Assembly (NCBI GenBank): GCA_963777605.1
Contig: CAVZRV010000007.1
Location: 960,001 to 1,024,000 of the forward strand
Reading direction: 5' to 3'
From: an uncultured Acidobacteriota bacterium
Lineage (GTDB): Bacteria > Acidobacteriota > UBA6911 > RPQK01 > JAPXNP01
DNA length: 64,000 bases
A program made the translations under genes and the position numbers. Within the stretch, counting starts at the first letter, position 1, and the number at the start of each line of letters is the position of its first letter. Under the pieces are notes generated by a model. The model saw only the letters and a list, made by a program, of their open reading frames with translations. It made no database searches and had not been told where the DNA came from. Shown piece after piece: positions 10,367 through 23,100 of this stretch.

Positions 10367-11473
10367 ATGGATCTGACGATTCGCAAGGGCGAGTTACTGA
10401 AAGAACTCCAGTATGTCCAGGGGGTCGTTGAGCGAAAAGCTACCGTCCCCATCCTCACCAACCTGCTGCTCGAAACGACGGGCAATGCCCTTTCCATCAC
10501 CGCCACCGATCTGGATGTGACGCTCCGCTGCACGAGTCGGGCGGACGTCAAGGTGGCGGGGGCCTTCACGGTATCCGCCCGGAAGATGTTCGACATCGTC
10601 AGGTTGCTCCCGGAAGCCGACGTCCACTTGAAAGCCAGCACGTCCGAATGGCTGAACGTGACTTGCCAGCGGTCCAAGTTCAAAGTCGCGGGATTGTCAA
10701 AAGAGAACTTTCCCGAGATCCCTTCCGTCAAAGGCGAGACAGTCAAGTTGCCGGGGCGGGCCCTGCGGGTCATGATCCCGCGATGTGTTTTTGCGATAAC
10801 GCAGGAGGAATCCCGATACACCCTGAACGGAGCTCTTCTGATTGTAAAGCCGACCGGGCTGACGTTCGTCACGACCGACGGTCACCGGTTGGCTCTCCTG
10901 GCGCATCCGTGTGAGATCAGCGACGCGGTTTCCGAAAGCCGGGTCCTGGTTCCCAAGAAGACGCTGGTGGAGCTGAACAAGTTGACGGCCGAAGATGTAG
11001 AGTCGGTGACGTTCGGATTTTCCGAGAACCACCTCTTTTTCAAGGTGGCGGATAGACTGCTGGTTTCGCGCATTCTGAGCGGGCAGTTCCCGAACTTTGA
11101 GATGGTCATCCCCCGCGAAAACAACCGTCAACTGCGGGCGCAGACAGGTGAGCTCTCCAATGCCCTACGCCGGGCCTGCGTCATGGCGGACGAGCAGTCT
11201 CGAGCCGTGCGCTTCAGCCTGAAAGAAGGCACGCTCGAGCTATCGGCGGCAAGCGCCGACTACGGAGAATCGTCCGAAAGCGTCAATGTCGCCTATTCGG
11301 ACGAGCCCATGGAAATCGGCTTCAATGCTCAGTACATGCTCGACTTCCTGAATACGCTCGATGTCGATCAGGTTGATCTCTGGGTCAAGGACAAGGAAAC
11401 GCAGGGCTTGATGAAACCGGTCGATAACGACGACTTTGAATACAGCTATGTGATCATGCCCATGAAAATCTAG
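10367..11473 (+). CDS. dnaN: DNA polymerase III beta clamp
   Basis: ATDLD, TTDGHRL, IGFNAQY, VIMPM. Confidence 0.97.
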   Translation: MDLTIRKGELLKELQYVQGVVERKATVPILTNLLLETTGNALSITATDLDVTLRCTSRADVKVAGAFTVSARKMFDIVRLLPEADVHLKASTSEWLNVTCQRSKFKVAGLSKENFPEIPSVKGETVKLPGRALRVMIPRCVFAITQEESRYTLNGALLIVKPTGLTFVTTDGHRLALLAHPCEISDAVSESRVLVPKKTLVELNKLTAEDVESVTFGFSENHLFFKVADRLLVSRILSGQFPNFEMVIPRENNRQLRAQTGELSNALRRACVMADEQSRAVRFSLKEGTLELSAASADYGESSESVNVAYSDEPMEIGFNAQYMLDFLNTLDVDQVDLWVKDKETQGLMKPVDNDDFEYSYVIMPMKI

Positions 11474-11544
11474 CGGCCCAATTCTGCCTGCCGCGGCCGG
11501 AGACGGCCGCCCCGTCGGGGACCGCCTTTCAGTTCACCCATCTG

Positions 11545-11553
11545 TGTTACAAT
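11545..11553 (+). promoter_or_regulatory. Extended -10 promoter candidate for the gyrB transcript
   Basis: TGnTACAAT. Confidence 0.45.
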
Positions 11554-11559
11554 TCAAGA

Positions 11560-14319
<2,760 letters not shown>

Positions 14320-14344
14320 TTTTCAATCTGCTGAGTGCCCCAAC

Positions 14345-16807
14345 ATGGACAACCTTTCGAGAGAATTGCCAGTCAACATCGAAGAGGAGATGAAATCCTC
14401 TTACCTCGACTACGCCATGTCCGTCATCATCGGACGCGCGTTGCCCGACGTTCGGGACGGCCTGAAACCGGTTCACCGCCGGGTTCTCTACGCGATGAGA
14501 GACTTAGGCAACGTGCACAACAAGCCGCACAAGAAGTCGGCCCGCGTTGTCGGCGAAGTCATCGGCAAGTACCATCCTCACGGAGAATCCGCTGTTTACG
14601 ACACGATTGTCCGGATGGCGCAGGAGTTTTCCATGCGGATGCCCCTCGTAGACGGACAGGGAAATTTCGGCTCGATCGACGGGGACTCGGCGGCGGCCAT
14701 GCGTTACACCGAAGTCCGGATGTCACGGCTGGCCGAGCAGCTTTTGATCGATATCGACAAAGAGACGGTCGATTTCCAGCCCAACTATGACGAGTCCCTG
14801 GTGGAACCGTTGGTCCTTCCGACCCGGGTGCCCAACCTGCTCGTCAACGGAACTTCCGGGATCGCTGTCGGGATGGCAACCAATATTCCGCCCCACAATC
14901 TGGGAGAAGTCGTCGATGCACTGTTGTTGATCCTCGACAACCCAGGGGCGGGGATGCGCGAGATCCTTCCGATCATTCCTGGGCCGGATTTCCCGACGGC
15001 CGGCTTTATTCACGGTCGACAGGGGATCGTTCAGGCCTACGGAACCGGTCGCGGCGTGGTTCACATGCGAGCGAAGGCTGACTTCGAGGACATGGGCCAG
15101 CGTATCGCGATCATCGTGGAAGAGCTGCCGTATCAGGTCAACAAGGCAAAGCTCATCGAACGAATTGCCCAATTGGTTCACGATAAGCGGATCGACGGTA
15201 TCAGCGACCTGCGTGACGAATCTAGTCGCGAAGGGATGCGCATCGTGATCGAGCTGAAGCGGGACGCGGTTCCCGAGATCGTGCTCAACTACCTCTATAA
15301 GCTGACTCCAATGCAGTCGTCTTTTGGGGTCATTCTCCTGGCAATCGTGGACGGGCAGCCCCGGGTCATGACCTTAAAGGAGATCCTGGTCCTATTTCTC
15401 GAACACCGGAAGGAAGTTGTCCGGCGCAGGGCTGCCTTCGAACTGACCAAGGCAGAGCAGCGCGCCCATATTCTCGAAGGACTGAAAAAGGCCCTCGATT
15501 ATCTCGATGAAATCATTACGTTGATTCGGGCGTCATCATCCCCTGCAGAGGCCAGGGAGCAACTGATTTCCCGGCTGGAGTTTACCGAGCCGCAGGCCCA
15601 GGCGATTCTGGAAATGCGCTTGCAGCGACTGACCGGCCTGGAGAGGGAGAAGATCATTGAGGAGTACGGAAGTCTGCTCAAGGAGATCGCCCGACTCCGA
15701 GAGATCCTGTCAGACGATAAGGCATTGAAGAATGTAATCCGGGAGGAGCTTCAACAGATAGGTTCCACCTTCGCGAGCCCGCGGAGGACCGTTATCCTGG
15801 ATCAGCAGGCGGACCTTACCATAGAGGACCTGATCGCCGAAGAGAACGTTGTGATCACGACCACCCGGAACGGCTATGTCAAGCGCACCGCGCTGGACGT
15901 TTACAAGAGCCAGGCCCGTGGTGGAAAGGGGCGACGGGGCATGACGACGGCCACCGAACAGGACATCATTGACGATCTCTTCGTGGCTTGGACGCACAGT
16001 TACCTGCTGATTTTCACCAACAAGGGACGGGCCTACTGGCTGAAGGTCTATGAGATACCCAACGTGGGGGCGGCTGGCCGGGGTAAACCGATCATCAACC
16101 TGATCAACATCGCCAAGGATGAGCAGATCGCCGACATCATTTCAGTGGACAGCTTTGACGATGCCCGCTTCGTGATGATGGCTTCCCGCCAGGGTTATGT
16201 AAAGAAGACCGAGCTGAAGGCATTCTCGAATCCCCGGTCCGCAGGGATCATTGCCTGCGGTGTTGATGAAGGGGATGAACTCCTCAAGGTGGAACTGGCT
16301 TCGGTCGGGGATCACGTCCTTCTTTCGACCCACGGAGGCTACTCGATCCGGTTCTCCGAACAGGACGTTCGGGCAATGGGCCGAACGGCACGGGGAGTGA
16401 AGGGACTCACCCTCAGGCAAGGTGACGGACTGGTCAGTATGTGCCTGTTGTCGGATGAAACGGGAGACGTTCTGGCGGTCACGCAAAACGGATACGGGAA
16501 GCGGACTCCCCTTTCCGAGTATCGTCTCCAGCACCGGGGCGGCCTCGGGATCATCAACATCAAGACGACCAAACGCAACGGGCAGGTCTCTGGAGTGGCC
16601 CATGTGACCAGCGAAGGTGATCTGATTCTAATTACGGAACAGGGCAAGATCATCCGGCTGCCGGTCATGCAGGCACGCCGGACGGCGGCGCGGAGCACCC
16701 TCGGAGTGAAACTGATCGACGTTGACGAAGACGATCAGGTTTCCGACATCACTGTCGTCCCACCCGAGGAAGAGGAAGTCGAGGATGAGGCTGGCGCCGA
16801 AAATTGA
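14345..16807 (+). CDS. gyrA: DNA gyrase subunit A
   Basis: [21 protein letters not shown], GyrA box QARGGKG. Confidence 0.98.
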   Translation: MDNLSRELPVNIEEEMKSSYLDYAMSVIIGRALPDVRDGLKPVHRRVLYAMRDLGNVHNKPHKKSARVVGEVIGKYHPHGESAVYDTIVRMAQEFSMRMPLVDGQGNFGSIDGDSAAAMRYTEVRMSRLAEQLLIDIDKETVDFQPNYDESLVEPLVLPTRVPNLLVNGTSGIAVGMATNIPPHNLGEVVDALLLILDNPGAGMREILPIIPGPDFPTAGFIHGRQGIVQAYGTGRGVVHMRAKADFEDMGQRIAIIVEELPYQVNKAKLIERIAQLVHDKRIDGISDLRDESSREGMRIVIELKRDAVPEIVLNYLYKLTPMQSSFGVILLAIVDGQPRVMTLKEILVLFLEHRKEVVRRRAAFELTKAEQRAHILEGLKKALDYLDEIITLIRASSSPAEAREQLISRLEFTEPQAQAILEMRLQRLTGLEREKIIEEYGSLLKEIARLREILSDDKALKNVIREELQQIGSTFASPRRTVILDQQADLTIEDLIAEENVVITTTRNGYVKRTALDVYKSQARGGKGRRGMTTATEQDIIDDLFVAWTHSYLLIFTNKGRAYWLKVYEIPNVGAAGRGKPIINLINIAKDEQIADIISVDSFDDARFVMMASRQGYVKKTELKAFSNPRSAGIIACGVDEGDELLKVELASVGDHVLLSTHGGYSIRFSEQDVRAMGRTARGVKGLTLRQGDGLVSMCLLSDETGDVLAVTQNGYGKRTPLSEYRLQHRGGLGIINIKTTKRNGQVSGVAHVTSEGDLILITEQGKIIRLPVMQARRTAARSTLGVKLIDVDEDDQVSDITVVPPEEEEVEDEAGAEN

Positions 16808-17612
16808 CGGGAGATGGGTGCTGCTGCTGCCCATCCTGTCCTTTGTAGTGGGAACCTGGTACTTCCGGAGTGACCGCAGCGATGTGAAGGTCGCCATGGA
16901 GCGGGCCCGCGACTTCTGGCGATCGGGGGCCTACGAAGAAGCAATCGAGGCGTACACGAACCTCCAGTCCCGGAATCCGTCGAGCGAGTTGGCGCCGGAG
17001 TGCCTTTGGGAAATTGCCACTATTTACTATTACAACCTCTACGACATTTCGAACGCGATGCACTACTTTGAGCGGGTTGTCGATGAGTACCCACGCTCGC
17101 GCCTCTGCCTGGAAAGTCATCTGAAGCTTGCCGAGATCTTCGAACGCGAGCTCAATGAGCCAAACAGCGCGGTCCACCAGTGGGAGGATGCGCTGAAGCT
17201 GGGGATGGATGCCGATGAGGAGCACGAGATCGAGTTCAAGATTGCAGATGCCCAATTCAAGATGAACGAGCTCGACGAGGCATACGCCGGCTTCGAGCAA
17301 CTCGCCCAGGGGGAAGACACGGGTCACCACCTGGCTCAACAGTCCCGGGTTCGGATGGGAATCCTGCTCGAGCTCTCAAAGGACTACGAAGGGGCCATCC
17401 GCCAATTCACAGGGATCCTCGCGGCCGGCCCGTGCAAGGATTGCCGCCTGCAGGCGCAGCTGGAGTTGATCGAGTGCTATGAAGCGCTCGACCGGCTGGG
17501 AGACGCCATCGAAGCGGCGAAAAATATCAGTCCTCAAGACTATCCTTCCGATAAGCGGGGCGAAATACTTGACCGATTGACGGCCAAACGTAGATATTAC
17601 GGGTCTGAGTAA
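16785..17612 (+). CDS. Membrane-anchored TPR protein
   Basis: N-terminal TM; TPR-like repeats (YP.S motifs); overlaps gyrA end. Confidence 0.75.
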   Translation: MRLAPKIDGRWVLLLPILSFVVGTWYFRSDRSDVKVAMERARDFWRSGAYEEAIEAYTNLQSRNPSSELAPECLWEIATIYYYNLYDISNAMHYFERVVDEYPRSRLCLESHLKLAEIFERELNEPNSAVHQWEDALKLGMDADEEHEIEFKIADAQFKMNELDEAYAGFEQLAQGEDTGHHLAQQSRVRMGILLELSKDYEGAIRQFTGILAAGPCKDCRLQAQLELIECYEALDRLGDAIEAAKNISPQDYPSDKRGEILDRLTAKRRYYGSE

Positions 17613-18100
17613 TGGAACTGCTTCTTGATTTCAGCCAGTGGTGGGCCTCCCTTCAAAACGAACAGATCATTTTGATCGCTGTCGTGGCCGGCGCAGTGCT
17701 TCTGGTAGTGGCCATGCTGATCGTTTTGAGCCGGCGAAAATCGAGTGCCGTTCGGGAACTTGGGATCTCACTGAAAGGTTTTCGGGAGCGCAATCCCTGT
17801 TTCTACCGGGTAATGACCGCCGTCCTGAAGGCAGGAAAATCCTCTGAACTAACCCAGCGGGGAGACGTGCGGGCGGCCCTGCGACTGCTCCAGGATCAGG
17901 CACGCAAGCGGGGCAAGCGACCGAAGAAGCCGGAGCGAACCGCTTCGCTTCTGGCGACCGGGCAATCGGGCAAAGACCGCCAGGAAGCGGCGACGATGAC
18001 GATATTGCGAGCGGTCTACATGGATGAGACGCTCTGCAGGTCTCTCCCGAACAGTGTGATCAAGGATATCGACCGCTACCTGGACACCTTGACAGGATGA
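17612..18100 (+). CDS. Hypothetical single-TM protein
   Basis: TAATG coupling to upstream gene; one hydrophobic helix; basic cytoplasmic part. Confidence 0.65.
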   Translation: MELLLDFSQWWASLQNEQIILIAVVAGAVLLVVAMLIVLSRRKSSAVRELGISLKGFRERNPCFYRVMTAVLKAGKSSELTQRGDVRAALRLLQDQARKRGKRPKKPERTASLLATGQSGKDRQEAATMTILRAVYMDETLCRSLPNSVIKDIDRYLDTLTG

Positions 18101-18170
18101 GCGCACTCGTTTAGACTCTCCCTTTTCGAATTTCCGGTTTTTTGTGTTTATCTATAGAAAGGGGTCTGGC

Positions 18171-18365
18171 TTGGCCGTAGTCGTTGTGCAAGATGGAGAG
18201 TCGCTGGAGAGCGCGCTGCGGCGCTTCAAGCGGAAGGTCCAGCAGGAAGACATCATCCGCGAATCCAAGAAGCATTCGTTCTTCCTGAAGCCCGGGGAAA
18301 AGCGGCGCCTGAAGAGGGCCCTGGCCGTGAAGCGGGCGCGGAAGAGAATGGCCAAACTGGGCTGA
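18171..18365 (+). CDS. rpsU: 30S ribosomal protein S21
   Basis: ESLESALRRFKRK, FFLKPGEKRR; TTG start after AAGGGGT. Confidence 0.9.
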   Translation: MAVVVVQDGESLESALRRFKRKVQQEDIIRESKKHSFFLKPGEKRRLKRALAVKRARKRMAKLG

Positions 18366-18393
18366 ACAGGGCGACCACGAACTTTCTTCAGCT

Positions 18394-18420
18394 GCCCGGG
18401 CAAGCGGTCCGGGCTTTTTA
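18394..18420 (+). terminator. Intrinsic terminator after rpsU
   Basis: GCCCGGGC-loop-GTCCGGGC followed by TTTTT. Confidence 0.75.
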
Positions 18421-18424
18421 CTTT

Positions 18425-19303
18425 ATGGAACCAGGTGGGAGAGCTGTCGAGTACGAGAATCAGCTTCAGTCGGCGGTCTGTTACCTGCAAGCGAGGTATG
18501 GGGAGGCGCCGCGAACCTGCTGGGTTCTCGGCTCCGGACTAAGCGGTTTTACCTCTGATCTCGGAACGGCCTCGGAAGTGCCTTTTTCCGAGGTTCCAGG
18601 CTTTCCCTCGGTCTCGGTTTCCGGCCACCCCGGTACCCTATCCCTGATCGGTACGGAGCCGGCTCGGGTCTGCTGTCTGCTGGGCCGCACTCACTTCTAC
18701 GAAGGTATTCCGCTCAGCCGTATCGTGTTTCCGGTGCGTGCGCTTGCGCTCTGGGGGGTGCGAGATTTTGTCCTGACCAATGCTGCCGGGGCGATCAACG
18801 CAGATTTTGGTCCTGGCGAGCTCATGTTGATTCGGGATCACCTCAATTTTCAGGGGGACAATCCCCTGTCCGGCCCCCACTTCCCCTCCCTTGGCGAACG
18901 TTTCCCCGACATGACCGAGATCTATGACCGCTGCCTGAACGAGATCGCGGTCCGGGAGGCGGAGCGACTTGGCCTGACACTGCGCCAGGGGATTTACCTT
19001 GCGGTAAAAGGGCCGAGCTACGAGACCCCGGCGGAGATCCGGATGTTCCGCCTCTGGGGGGCGGATGCCGTTGGTATGTCAACCGTGCCGGAAGCGATCG
19101 CGTTGAGACAGTTGGGACGCCGGGTGCTTGGGCTCTCCTGCATTACCAACCTGGCAGCGGGAACGCTCTCATGTCGGCTGGACCACCAGGACGTGCTGGC
19201 GGTCGGCCGCCAGTTGCAGGGCCGGCTGAAAGGGCTTCTTTTTGAAGTGTTGCGGGCGGTCCAAGCCGAAGAAGGCGGATTTGACCATGAAACGAATCGA
19301 TAG
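18425..19303 (+). CDS. punA: Purine-nucleoside phosphorylase (trimeric type)
   Basis: LGSGL, GRTHFYEG, TNAAG, GPSYETPAE, VGMSTVPE. Confidence 0.93.
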   Translation: MEPGGRAVEYENQLQSAVCYLQARYGEAPRTCWVLGSGLSGFTSDLGTASEVPFSEVPGFPSVSVSGHPGTLSLIGTEPARVCCLLGRTHFYEGIPLSRIVFPVRALALWGVRDFVLTNAAGAINADFGPGELMLIRDHLNFQGDNPLSGPHFPSLGERFPDMTEIYDRCLNEIAVREAERLGLTLRQGIYLAVKGPSYETPAEIRMFRLWGADAVGMSTVPEAIALRQLGRRVLGLSCITNLAAGTLSCRLDHQDVLAVGRQLQGRLKGLLFEVLRAVQAEEGGFDHETNR

Positions 19304-19833
19304 GGAAGAGTGCGTCCTGGTGGTGATCGACATCCAGGGGCGGCTGGCCGAACTGATGACGGATCGCGACCGCTTATTTGAGAATCTGGTTCGACTGATC
19401 CGCGGAGCCGGCCTGCTGGAGGTCCCGATCATCTGGACCGAGCAGGTACCGGAAAAGTTGGGTGCCACTACTGAAGTTATTCGGAAAGAACTTGCCGACG
19501 CAAACGCCGATTGCCAAGTCGGCTTTCAGTTGTGTGGGGGAACCGTCGTTCGTGGACCGGCTCAGCGCGCTGGAGCGAAGGACCGTCATTCTCTGTGGGA
19601 TCGAAACCCACGTTTGTGTCTACCAGACGGCCCTTGATCTCCTCGAAGCCGGCTACCGTGTGGAGGTCGTGACGGATGCGGTGTCTTCGAGAAGCGAGTC
19701 CAATCGGGACCTCGGGTTGAAGCGGATGAAGCAGGCTGGGGCGGGAATGCTGGGTACTGAAATGTTGCTCTTTGAACTGCAGCGGGTTGCGGAGGGAGAA
19801 CGCTTCCGCAAGCTCATCCAGATCGTCAAGTGA
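19287..19833 (+). CDS. Isochorismatase-family hydrolase, apparent +1 frameshift near 19490
   Basis: VIDIQ and TEQVPEKLG in one frame; KSAFSC, GIETHVCV and DAVSSR in the next. Confidence 0.85.
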
Positions 19834-20179
19834 ACAGATCTCCCCGGTGATTTGCCGCATGGACCTTGGGGGAAATCACGCAACAGTGGCAGCGGCTTCG
19901 AGTTCGAATTCTCCCGATTTTGTTCGAATGTTATGAAACCTTGGGCGATAGGGGGTATCAGAGTAATTGGGCATGAAACGTGCTTCAGTTTCAGTGTGAA
20001 ATCTGATTCCGATATCGAGGCCTAGTTCTAGAACCACCACCAGTTCACCGGAACAACGCTGATAGCTCATCCTCCTGAACGAAGGGCTAGGCCTTGATTC
20101 TTTTCTAGAGACCACAAGAAGGTCGAACTTGGAGTTCGTGCCAACGGGGGCCGAATTCCTCGAAGGGAGATACGTTTTA

Positions 20180-23100
20180 ATGGCAAAGGAAAAAGAAAAG
20201 AACGGAGCAAAGTATCCGGGAATTCCCCAGGCCATGGATGGAACGGCGGCCGCCGTTTCAATGGAAACTGCGGGGAGTGAGGCGGGTGGTGTTTATCCCA
20301 TCACTCCTGCCAGTAACATGGGGGAAGGTTTCGCAGAGGCTGCGGCCGCCGGAAAGCCCAATGTTTTTGGTCGGCGGTTGGTCTTCTTTGAACCAGAGGG
20401 AGAGCATGCCGCGGCCGCGGTCACGGCGGGAATGAGCATGACCGGTCTCCGCTCGGCGAATTTTTCCGCCGGGCAGGGTATCGCCTACATGCACGAATCC
20501 CTCTACGCTGCAGTCGGCAAGCGGCTCACCTACGTCTTGAACATCGCCAGCCGGGCGATGACCAAGCAGGCGCTGAACATCCACTGCGGACATGACGACT
20601 ACCACTCGGTTGACGACACTGGCTTCTTTCAGGTGTTTGCGAAGAACGTTCAGGAAGTAGCCGACCTCAACCTCATTACTCATAAGATCGCCGAACTGGC
20701 ACTCAATCCGGGGATTCTCTCCCAGGACGGGTTTTTGACCAGCCACGTTATTGAGACGCTGCGCTTGCCCGAAGTGGAACTGGTGAAAGAGTTCCTGGGT
20801 GATCCTTCCGAAATCATCAAATGCCCCACTCCGGCGCAGAAGATGATTTTCGGCGAAACGAGAAGGCGAATTCCAGAGCTGTTCGATCTCGATTATCCTG
20901 CGATGCTGGGCGTTGTTCAGAATCAAGATTCCTATGCACAAGGCGTTGCAGCCCAGCGGCCCTTCTTTTTCGACCACATCAAAAAGATCGCAGACGGCGC
21001 ATTTGAAGAATTTGCCGCATTAACGGGGCGGAAGTATTTCCGAGCTTCGGGATACCAGGTTGAAGATGCCGACTACGTGGTGTTGGGTCAGGGCTCGATC
21101 GTTTGGAACCTGGAGGAGGTCGCTGACCACCTCCGCGAACAAGGCTTCAAGATTGGCGTTGTCAACCTGACCATGTTCCGGCCGTTCCCCGACGACCTTA
21201 TCTCCCGCCTTCTCAAGGGAAAGAAGGGAGTCCTGGTGCTTGAGCGGGTTGACCAGCCGCTGGCCGGCGACCTGCCGCTGCTTCGCGAAACCCGCGGATC
21301 AGTGCTGAAAGCCCTCGAAAACGGTCGGGCCGGCAACGGCAGTTTGCCCTATCCCACCGTGGATTCGTACGGTTCCCAGGATGCTCCGGACTTCTACTCC
21401 GGCTGTTTCGGGCTTGGTAGCCGTGACACCCAGCCGGGCGATCTGATTACGGCGATCAAGAACATGATGCCGGAAGGGGAACACAAACGATTCTTCTACC
21501 TCGGCATCGATTTTCTGCGGAAGGGCGGCTCCGACAAGCTGAACGAGCACCAGCAGGAAATCATCAAGTCTTATCCCAATATCGAAGAACTCTCCCTGCA
21601 GCCGGAAACTAATGTCAACCTGTTGCCCAAGAGTTCCCTTGCAGTACGCATACACTCAGTCGGCGGATGGGGTGCAATCACGACCGGTAAGAATCTGGCC
21701 CTGACGCTCTCCGACCTGCTGGGCATGCACGTTAAAGCTAATCCCAAGTATGGATCGGAAAAGAAAGGGCAGCCGACGACCTTCTACGCGACGTTTGCTC
21801 ATGATCCTATTCGACTCAACTGCGACCTCAGGTTCGTGGACGTCGTGCTGTCCCCCGATCCTAACGTCTTCCGCCACTCCAATCCTCTTTCCGGGTTGAG
21901 TGACGGCGGCGTGTTCATCATTCAAACCGACTTGCCCGAAGAGGAACTCTGGCAAAGCCTGCCTTCCTGGGCGAAGGAATTCATTCGCAAGCACAAGATC
22001 AAGGTCTACTACATCGACGCCTTCGCTATCGCTCGCTCGGAAGCTCCTGATATCGAACTGCAGTACCGTATGCAGGGGGCAGCTTTCCAGGGTTCCTTCT
22101 TCGCGGCATCTCCTCTCATGGAGCGGGAGAACCTCGGGGAAGAAGATCTCTTCAACGCGATTCACGCTCAGCTGAAAAAGAAGTTCGGCCATCGAGGACA
22201 TCAGGTTGTCGATGCCAACGTGCGGGTTATCTCGCGCGGCTACAAAGAAGTGAACCAACTCGACTACTCGAAGCTCTCGGACAAGCGCACGGAACTGGTG
22301 GAGATCGGAAAGGAATCGCAGAGATCCGGTCCGGCGGTCACTGCAGCTCCGATGCCCGGTGTTGGCGACCCGGGCCGCTTCGCCGATGAAGTCTTCGAGT
22401 ACTATCGAACTGGTCAGGATCCGGTTGCGGATCCCTTCGCCGCGCTCAGCGCGATTCCGGCGGCAACCGGAACCTTCCGGGATATGACCACGATCCGGTT
22501 CGAGGTACCCAAGTTCGTCGCCGAGAAGTGTACCGGTTGCGGTCACTGCTGGACCCAGTGTCCGGATGCGGCCATCCCCGGCCTGGTGCTGGAGATCGAC
22601 CAGTTGCTTCTCTCGGCTGCCCGGCAGGCTGGAAACGGCCAGCCCCTTGGCCTGTTCCCCACCCTGGTGGAGCCCCTGAGCAAGGAGGTCCGGACTCTCT
22701 TGAAGACGGTTCCCAATTCCTCCTTCGATGGAGTTCTCGACCTGGCCTACAAGAATGCCTCGAAGGCGCTCGCTCTCGAGCCGGCCAAGCAGACCGAGCT
22801 CGACGGGGAGTTTGGCAAGGTGGCGGCGGTGCTGGGCAAGCTCCCGGTCGCCAAAACGCTGCCCTTCTTCGACGTTCAGGAACGGAAAGAGGAAGGAAGC
22901 GGCGGCCTGCTTGCGGTAACGATCAATCCTTACGCCTGTAAGGGTTGTAACCTCTGCGTGGATGTCTGCCCCGATGAGGCACTGGTCACGGTGAAGCAGG
23001 ACGACAAGGTTATTGAGGAACTGCGCGAAACCTGGAAGATCTGGGAACAGCTTCCGGACACTCCGGATCGTTATGTTCAGGTGCGCGATCTTCATGAAGG

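Noticed and set aside
19900-20130. Rex/FNR box upstream of PFOR
   Set aside because: Only half-site-like TGTGAA/TATGAA matches; no convincing palindrome.
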